Below are positions 54,283 to 64,000 of a stretch of 64,000 nucleotides of DNA, piece after piece (positions within the stretch are counted from its first letter, which is position 1; every line of letters begins with the position of its first letter). Under the pieces are notes generated by a model. The model saw only the letters and a list, made by a program, of their open reading frames with translations. It was not told the origin of the DNA and did not search any database. The position numbers and the translations under genes were made by a program. This DNA comes from Octopus sinensis (Eukaryota), in assembly GCF_006345805.1 (NCBI RefSeq), contig NC_042999.1:79112001-79176000 (forward strand), written 5' to 3'.

Positions 54283-55604
54283 TCGACTTTATTTGCGAAT
54301 TTATTGTACAAAAATGGTAAAACATGATGGTTAAATGATTTGTTTGTTGTAGAATATTCTAAAATGTGCACTAAGTGGAATCTGTCTATTATTAGAATCT
54401 CGTACGTGTTGTTGATGAATTATCTATATTTTTGTTTGTCTCATTCAATCTTCTTTACATTCAATAACATAAATTAATTTGTGTATGTATATGTTTATAT
54501 AATTCTGTTTTATTTAAATTACATGCACATGTGCATGTGTCTCTTCTTTCTTCATCCAATATTTCCCACTTCCCTTCTTGCGCTTTTTCTCTTTTCCCAT
54601 TTTATGCCTTTCAAGGCACTTTGTCTTCCCCTACCTCACTACTACCACTATTTTCCTCTTCCTCATATCTCTTTTCCCACCTCTTTCTCTCGCAAGATCA
54701 CATTGTTTATCTCTTTTCTCTTTTTTTCTACCTTATTTTCTCTCTCTTTAACAACCTCCCCTTTCTCTCTCTCTCTCTCTCTCTCTCCGCCGTACGATAC
54801 TGTTTCTCTGTATCCACAGCACAGTTTCTATTCTCTCGTTCTCACATTCCATCCTCTCTTGCTCTTTCATTTTCTCTCTCACTTTCTGCTGTTACCTCCC
54901 ATCTCTATCCTTGTCCTTATTATTAGACCGCAAAGCGTCTTATGTTTCACTTTTCTTCATCTTATTAAATATTTTGAACGAGATGCAGAAACAGTCGGGA
55001 AACCATGCATGCGTTGACCCAACACATACACTTCACAAATACACAGCAGATCACAAATACACAGCAGATCAAAATGTATGGTGATGGAGGAATCACAACA
55101 ACACACGCAACCCCATGGACATACATACTTAAATCAATACATACACACAAACAACCACACACATCCTTCCTGCTTCCATATAATATAGACGGAAACTTGT
55201 GCACAGTTCCATAGACAACGTAAATCCAGCTAAACACACAAATACACACACACACACATACTTGGTTCCAAACACCCACAGTAACGTAAAACCATGTACA
55301 CACACATACATAAAACCACGCACATACTCAAACTCGGAAAAGCTCACACAGCTTTGCCGATTCTTAAAGGCTTTAAGTCGCTCAGATTTTGTCTAATTAG
55401 ACACGTGAAACTTTAGGGTTTCGAAACCGAAAGTTCCAGCAATATAATATGGAATGAAACGTGTCACGCGAAAACTCTCAACCTCTTCGTTCTTCAGCCT
55501 CTCTGTCTGTCTGTCTCCTCCTTCATAGAGTAACTGCTGCATTTATTGAGTATTCAAACATTTTGGCTGTTTGTTTCTTTGGAGACTGTCAGAATGATGT
55601 AGAC

Positions 55605-55647
55605 GCCTCTGATGAGAACCCAATAAGGTTCGAAAATTGATTAAAGT
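55605..55647 (+). ncRNA. Type I hammerhead candidate, partly decayed, antisense within the ARID3 intron
   Basis: CTGATGA-GAACC-caataa-GGTTC-GAAA-ATTGAT-TA; perfect stem II, weak stem I. Confidence 0.45.
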
Positions 55648-56647
55648 TGTTCATCGTTTTTTCAGTGTGAGGAGAAATGGCTAAATGGCTATGGAAGGGT
55701 GAAAGATAAAGCTAACATCGATTTGGATTTGAACACAGAAACGAAAGAGCTGTAACAACACTGTATAATGTTTTTCCAACTTCTCTTGATTCGTGAGCTG
55801 GTGACAAATTATACTTCATTTCTCTTTACTTCATTTAACGTTGCTCTAGCCTATTCAGTTGAAATGAGTGTCAGCTCTCTCTCCTACCCTAGCTGTCATA
55901 TGGATTTTCCGCTGGAACAAGGTTTAGAGTCTCAAGTGTGTCGGTGTGTCTGTTCGCAACAGCAAAGACACCTAAAAGAGACAGTGGTCGCACGGTATAT
56001 GCTAATAAGGTCAAACTCGCTTGCGAGTGAGGTTGCGGTAGAAGAATAGAAAAATTATCATGATTTACTGCTTTTGGTATTGTTGTTGCTTAACACAAGA
56101 TCAGCCCTAATGGAGCAAAGAGCAATGTTACGATCAAAAACATTCTTATCGTGAGTACACACTCATCTTCCTTTATGTTTGAATTAAGAGCGATTTGGCT
56201 GCTATTTCTAGCAGCTATGGTTTCATTAATTAGGTACAAACAAATTGTTATCCCTATTGCTCTTTATTCCAAGTCGGTCCTGATAGAACTGGGCTCTGAT
56301 CAGAAACACTCCGGTTTTAACCATCACAAATTTTTCGTTCATCAATGGGGTACACTATCCCATTAACCTTTCTCTGTTTAAAACAGCTGGGTTTGGTTAG
56401 AGGAAATTTAACTGCAGTTTGTAGCAAGTCGAACTACAGTTTTGAGGCGCCATCGTCGACTTCAAAAGCCAATTATTTAAAAGAAGTGATATAAGTGACA
56501 TTATAGCTCGCTTCCTGATTTTTCCAAATGGTTTATTATGTGCACGGTGTAGAAATTTTTTGAGATAGCGTTAACCAAGAATCGAAAACTCATCTCGAGT
56601 TAAGAGCATACAAACTCTACATTACTCAGAACAACGAATTAAAATGC

Positions 56648-57212
<565 letters not shown>

Positions 57213-57564
57213 AATAATAATAATAATAAAGGATTTTGTTCTTATGCATCACTATCCTAATCACCAGTAAAAGAATCCCACCAACAGTTGTAGCAACAAT
57301 ATGGAAGATGTCTTAAAACTTGAGCAAAAATTATTGAAACATACTTGAAAGCTTCCTTTAATAATTATTTTACTTTACTTCTGTCTTCTCTCTCCCCACT
57401 CTGTGTCTCCTCACTCTCTTTTTATCTATTCTGTCTATCATTCTGTCTTCTCTCCTCTCTTATCCTTCCCTCTCTGCTTCTCTCGCAATTTCTAAAAGTT
57501 GTGTTCTATCCACCGCTTTTTCCTCCACCTATTCCCTCTTCAACTCCTCTTCTATCTGCTTCTT

Positions 57565-57600
<36 letters not shown>

Positions 57601-58600
57601 CAGCTGTCTTTCTGTCTGTCTCTCTGTCCTTGAGTGTGTTTCCATCTTACTCTTTTTTACGTATCCTCTATTCAACATCTCTCTCTCTCTCTCTCTTTCT
57701 CAAAATAGTTTTGGTTTTGTTTCTCTCTCGCTTCCTCATCCAACTTAACTCAATTTCTTTGTTTTCTCTAGTAACACCATTCATTTCTCCCTCCCTCTGT
57801 ATGTCTCTCAATTTTCTTCTGTTACTGTCTGTCTATCTGTCTATCTGTCTCTCTCTTCCTCTCTCTGTTCAGTTTCTAAGTCGGCCGAACGCTTTATTAA
57901 CATCTTATTGTTTCAACTTCATTATTCTTTATGTACGAAATGTTTCCTTCTTAATTCCCGCATCGACTCCACGTCCTTCTCCTCTAACCACACTCCTCTC
58001 CTTACCCTGTCATCTTATCTTCCCACCACATACAACACACACACACTCACACAACAATATACACACGCACATGCACATACAAGCACACACAGACACACAC
58101 ACATTACGGCTCCTTTTTATTACGTCGTTCGTTTTCCTTTTTCTTTTAATTCCTTTGAGTTTTTCTCTTCGTGGTGGTCGAAGTTATTGTTGCTGCCGAT
58201 ATTGTTATTGTTCACTGTTCTTCCTCCTTTCCACCATTTTATATATTTCCAAACTGACACGCATGCGCGCACAAAATGCGTCTATGGGGAAACTCTACGT
58301 GGTCAATCGATTTGCTGGACATGACAACCAAATCTTCTTCAAATCACATCCCGTTGTATTACTAGAAGAAACGTTGGATACTACCTATGGCCCAGGATTA
58401 CCTGTCTGTGCATAGGAATTAAAGCAGGATTGACATGGCTGGAATACTTTTCCTTGAAAATCTGCTCGATCATGTTTGAGCTAGGACTCAGCAACAACGA
58501 CACATATACACGTATAATCATATATATATACACACACAGGCACACACATATATATGTGTATGTATGTATTTATGTCCGTACGTATCTATCTATCTATGTT

Positions 58601-58641
<41 letters not shown>

Positions 58642-59092
58642 TGTGCTTCCCAACCACATAGTTTCGGGTTCAGTCCCATTACGTTTCACCTTGGGCCAGC
58701 GTTCTCTACTATAGCCATGAACCAACCAAAGTATCGTGAGTGGATTTGGTAGACGGAAACTGAAAAGAACCCGTCGTATATATATATATTCTCGCTTTTT
58801 TTACTGTACATTCTTTTCTCTTTACATTATGTATTTCTTTATTCTTTTCTGTCTTTATCGGCGGCATCTTTACTTCTTCCAATTGACTTTTTCACTCTAC
58901 TTCTCACTCATTTGATAGTCCTTCTCTCTCTCTCTCTCTCACTCTCTGTTAACTTATTTTTCTGTCTCTTTACGCTCAATCACATACATACATACATATA
59001 TATATACATCCATCCATCCATACATACATATATACATACATGCAGACAGACAGACACACACACACACATTCACACACACACGCACACACACA

Positions 59093-59143
<51 letters not shown>

Positions 59144-59657
59144 TCACACACACTCTTTGCTGATTTCATTTTCCTATAATTTCTGTTTCTTAATTTTATT
59201 TCTTCTCTCCTCTTTCTCTAACTTCTCTTATAAACTCTTTCATTTTTACCTATTTCTTCCCCCTCTTTCCTTCTACTGTTATACAAACAGTATAAAGAAT
59301 ATCCATATTACTCTCTCTCTCTCCTCCTCCTGCTCCTGCTGTTCCCCCTGCTCCTCTTCCTCCTCTCTGTATCAGTTGCTTTCCATTTAACTCTAAATGT
59401 CTACTCGATAACTTCCACTCTTACTCTCTACTCACAGATCTCCCACTTTTCTGTCTTATTTCTTTCTCCTCTTTCATTTTATCACTTTTCTTTCCTGATC
59501 TCTCTGCTTACAAATTATTTAATTTCTGTTTCATCTCCTCCCTCCCTCTCTTCCTTTCTCTCTCTCGTTCACTCTCTCTTTTTCTCTCTATCTCTCTAAT
59601 TCTATATATCTAACTTTATTATAGCCACTATATATATTTTCATCTCTCTCTGTCACT

Positions 59658-59972
<315 letters not shown>

Positions 59973-61519
59973 ACCCAGCTCTTTCCCTTTCTCAATCATT
60001 CTGTGTTTAAGACAACGTCTATAAATCAGAATTATAGATGGAACAGTATTTTCTCTTTTCTAAATGATTACAGGAGAAAATTGCAAAACAAGGTCAGAAT
60101 CAATTGCTTGCTACAATGTAATGTTCTTCGAAAATTCTAAATTACCATTCTTTAATGAAAAGTTCCTACTTTTAAAACTTTACTTCCTTCCAGAAACTTG
60201 TTTTATTGTCTAGAACTTTACGCCATATTTGCTGTTAGTCTCCCCAACAATAGCCAATAAATTAAGTTAACCTTGAAGCTTTCCCTAAATTGTATTCCAT
60301 ACATTCCGCCTATGAAGACCACACTTCTATTTCCTCCACTGAAATATTTTCAATCATAATTTTATCTATTTTGTTCCTTCAAATCGGTCATCATGTTCCT
60401 AAATTTCTCACATACAAGAACTATTTTTTTTTTAATTCATCCATTCAGAATTTTTTTTTCTGCTTAATTCATTCATTCAGTCTTTTCCTTCATAAACTTT
60501 CTTCACACCTAGCTATGCAATATTCATTTTCAATTTCACTCATTCGGATTTTTTCTTCAAATTCGTTTTTTCACCTTTTCTTTCAAAACACTTTCTTTAA
60601 ACATGCCATTTTCTTTGACAATAAAATTATCAAACATACTTATTCAGTCGTCTCCTTCAAAATGGTTTTTCAGATTTGATCTTTCGAAATTTCAATGTTT
60701 TTCTTAACTCTTCAAATTCCATCATACACCTACTATTATCATTACTACTACCATTATTATTGCATTGATATTTCCTGCTTATTTTTTTCCAAACTTTTTC
60801 CTATCAAGTTCTTCAAGTTTAATCTCAATAATTTTCTTAAATTTCTCTTATTTTACCCTACTTTTATTGCCTTTCTTCAAAAATTTCATTTATAAATATA
60901 TACACCACCACTCCAGATCTCTGCAGTGTATATATATTGGAAGATTTCTCTAAATCTCGATTTTTGCTAACATGAATATTCTTCCCACTCACTTTCTCAA
61001 ACTATCATCGTTATACATGAAAGAAATTAACAGCAAATATTTCAGATAACTTTTCATTGAGCCAACAAAAACAAATTCTTCTACACAACTACAAAGATAT
61101 CAAGCTACATTAACAGTGATTCATCAATAGTTTGAAAGTAACACCTTTAAAATTCAGATTAAAGGATACGGCACTATAACGCCAAATCATCTAAAGCTTT
61201 AAGAAGAAAACAAAAGGAAAAAAATATAGTAAAAATAATCAATGAGTATATCTATTATTTGTGACAAATTACTAAGTTGCAATGAAGACAACATTATCCG
61301 ATTGTTTGTGACAACGCGCACTCAGCTTTTTTCTTTTATTGTTAGTTGAGGTTTTTGTATTATTTTTTTGGTATCTAGTTATTCTATGCAGAGATCTATA
61401 GAAACAATCAAGAGTTGGAATTCCATGGAGGTATATGAAAATACACACCTGCCTTGATATACGTGCAAACAAATATACTTATATTATACATATACACAGA
61501 CGCAAACATACATACATAG

Positions 61520-61614
<95 letters not shown>

Positions 61615-62993
61615 CATGTATACACAGACCAATGATATGTGTGTGCATATATATGTATATATATATACACACACACACATTTACATATACACACACATTT
61701 ACATATGTATACATATATATATATATAAATATTCATGGACACATAACACAAGCGTGCGCACATACACATATGCACACATAATATAATATTGAGTACTTTG
61801 TACCCAATGTCGTCTGTAAATACTGCATATTATCATTATTATATGTGTAGTCTTCGTGAACGTGTATGTACGTCTGTTTGAGTATATATGTGCGAGCATA
61901 GATAGCTAGATAGCTAGATAGATAGATAGATAGATAGCTAGATAGATAGATAGATGGATAGATGGATAGATAGATAGATAGAAGAAGTTTGATGTGTGGG
62001 TGTGTCTAGGAGAGCAAGCTATTATGTATAGAAAACTATACTGAACTCATACTGAACTGAAAGAAACTTTGATAGAATATCTCAGACATGCGAATCCAAA
62101 GACACACCTTACGACGTTAGAGCGGTATTTTTAGAGCGTTACAGTATTTTTTCTGATTATCTGCGCTCAGTCTTACTATGAAACTTGGCTACACTATAAT
62201 ATAAGAGAGCTGTGAGAGGCCATTGTTTCTGCATGACGTTCTTTCAATCCCATCTTAGGTCCATATGCCGTAAAAAATTGATTTTCTATATATACTATGG
62301 GGCGTTAAGATATACTTGAAAAAACCTGACCGCGAGGTCTCTGTCAGCCCAAATAAGTTAACTGATGATGTAAATTTATTATTCTACAGTTCTCTAGGTT
62401 ATGCTGTATATGTTTTTATAGCTTTGTTACTAATGATATATCTGATTTAAGGAAATCTGAGGGGAGTAGGCTAATTGATACTACCGACACTGGTACTTTA
62501 TTTTATCAGCCCCGAAAGGATGAAAGGCAGGGTTGATCTCTGCGAAATTTGAAATCAGAATGTAAATAAACGGATCAAACAACGCATATGTTTTCCTGTA
62601 ATCTAGCGCTTCTGCCACCTCACCGCCATTTTAATATTGGTTTGAAATTTTGGCATAAGGCCAGCAAGTTCGGTGGGGAGGGTGTAAGTCGATTACATCG
62701 ATCCCAGTATTCCTCTGGTACCGATTTTATCAACCCCAGTGCTCAATATGAAAGGCAAATTCTAGCTCGCTGTAAATTGCACTCAGAAAGAAATACTAAC
62801 GATGCTACCAGCACGCCGCATTTTTTATATTAATAATTAAACGTAATGTGTGTGTATATGTGTGTGTATGTGCGCGCGCGTGTGCATGCATGTATGTATG
62901 CATGTATGTATACATGTATACATATGTGTGTCTGTGTTTCAGAAAAATTTCATTTTTTTTTCTTATCCCACCCCAGGAAATATAATTACTCAC

Positions 62994-63227
62994 TCCTACT
63001 TGTAATTTTAATGTGAGCACTCGGCATTCCGGCGTGAACCAGTAGTCGTTCCTCTTCTGACATTGCAAGACGTTTCCTTGGAGGGCTTTCTTCGACAGCA
63101 GCTCGTGAAGCAGCTTCCATTTTTCGGGTCGCTTCTTCCATCGCTCTAGATGCAGCTTCCATTGCCAGCGCATCTCTTTCTGATAGACTACGTGACTGCA
63201 GCGGTGTTGATGGCATACTGTCATCAT
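62994..63227 (-). CDS. ARID3: Penultimate coding exon of an ARID3/dead ringer (retained)-like transcription factor, N-terminal part of the REKLES domain
   Basis: Acceptor ttttcacag|AT and donor AGGA|gtgagt; 234 nt, phase 1-1. Translation xDDSMPSTPLQSRSLSERDALAMEAASRAMEEATRKMEAASRAAVEESPPRKRLAMSEEERLLVHAGMPSAHIKITSR resembles ARID3 REKLES (PPxKK..EQQRL..PxSIRI). Splices in frame to the 54212 exon. Confidence 0.9.
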
Positions 63228-63235
63228 CTGTGAAA

Positions 63236-63515
63236 ATAATGGTAGTGATAACAATAGTAGTAGTAGTAGTGGTGGTGGTAATAGTAGTAGTAGCATTAGT
63301 AGTAAAGATAACATCAAGAACAACAATAACAACAACGACGATGATGACGACAACGACAACAACAACAACAAATAATAATAATAATAATAATAATAGAAGT
63401 AGTAGTGGTGGTGGCGGTGGTAATAGTAGTAGTAGCAGTAGTAGTAAAGATAACATCAAGGACAACAATAACAACAACGACGATGATGACGACAACGACA
63501 ACAACAACAGCAACA

Positions 63516-63566
<51 letters not shown>

Positions 63567-63581
63567 TATAATTATAATAAT
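63236..63581. repeat. Mixed trinucleotide tract with an internal duplication, intronic upstream of the REKLES exon
   Basis: tagtagtaaagataacatcaag.acaacaataacaacaacgacgatgatgacgac occurs twice (~63297 and ~63441). Confidence 0.9.
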
Positions 63582-64000
63582 ACTTTCATACAAAAACAAT
63601 GAACGGGTGACATTTCATTGAACAGTATAATCAACAGTCTCCAGTCCGTAGTTGGGCAAATGAAACGTACAAATAGCTTGGGAATGGGTGCCCCGTTCCA
63701 GCGGTTTTCCATCAAGGACCCAAAGTATAAACGTTAGGGAGAAAGAGAAAGAAAGAAAGCGAGAGAGCGAGAGAGAGATATAAATGAAACAAAAATGTTT
63801 CTCAATGCGGAGAACAACATCTTGAGTCAGTAGATTAACCCACAGATCCAGTCACCTGTATTACTAGGGGCGAGTATTATGCTCATTCATGTGAGTCACT
63901 CGCGTCACTCTCAACGTATTTCAGTAAAAATACTGAAGAATAGAACCACTCTCTTCATTCTTACCATTCTCCCCAAGATTTATTTAAAAGAAAAATGATG

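Noticed and set aside
57345-58415. Longest ORF (356 aa)
   Set aside because: Low-complexity CT-rich intronic sequence, antisense to the ARID3 gene; stop-poor by composition.
63228-63516. Poly-L/V/T N-terminal extension of ORF 62986-63516
   Set aside because: Trinucleotide repeat upstream of a good splice acceptor; intronic.

Overview
AT-rich metazoan genomic DNA, dense in microsatellites and SINEs. It is most consistent with an octopus/coleoid cephalopod genome, inferred from the repeat landscape. Nearly all ORFs in the track are translated microsatellites. The only convincing protein-coding signal is the last two coding exons of an ARID3/dead ringer-like gene on the minus strand (63227-62994 and 54212-54109, REKLES domain, GT-AG phase-1 junctions). 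The rest is three tRNA-headed SINE groups, decayed CR1/L2-like and RTE LINE fragments, an internally deleted mariner, fold-back elements inside (TA)n, and a ~2.6 kb duplication around a 100-N gap (probable assembly artefact). The most striking feature is an abundance of hammerhead ribozyme (HHR) motifs in short repeats that sit in (TA)n tracts. These include a complete type I HHR inside a Penelope-like pseudo-LTR structure and several minimal type I HHRs. They also include a dispersed family (5620, 22193, 41166, 47033) whose three catalytic strands are in a non-circularly permuted (pseudoknotted) order, with compensatory base changes between copies. All ribozyme calls are by-eye structure assignments and their activity is untested.
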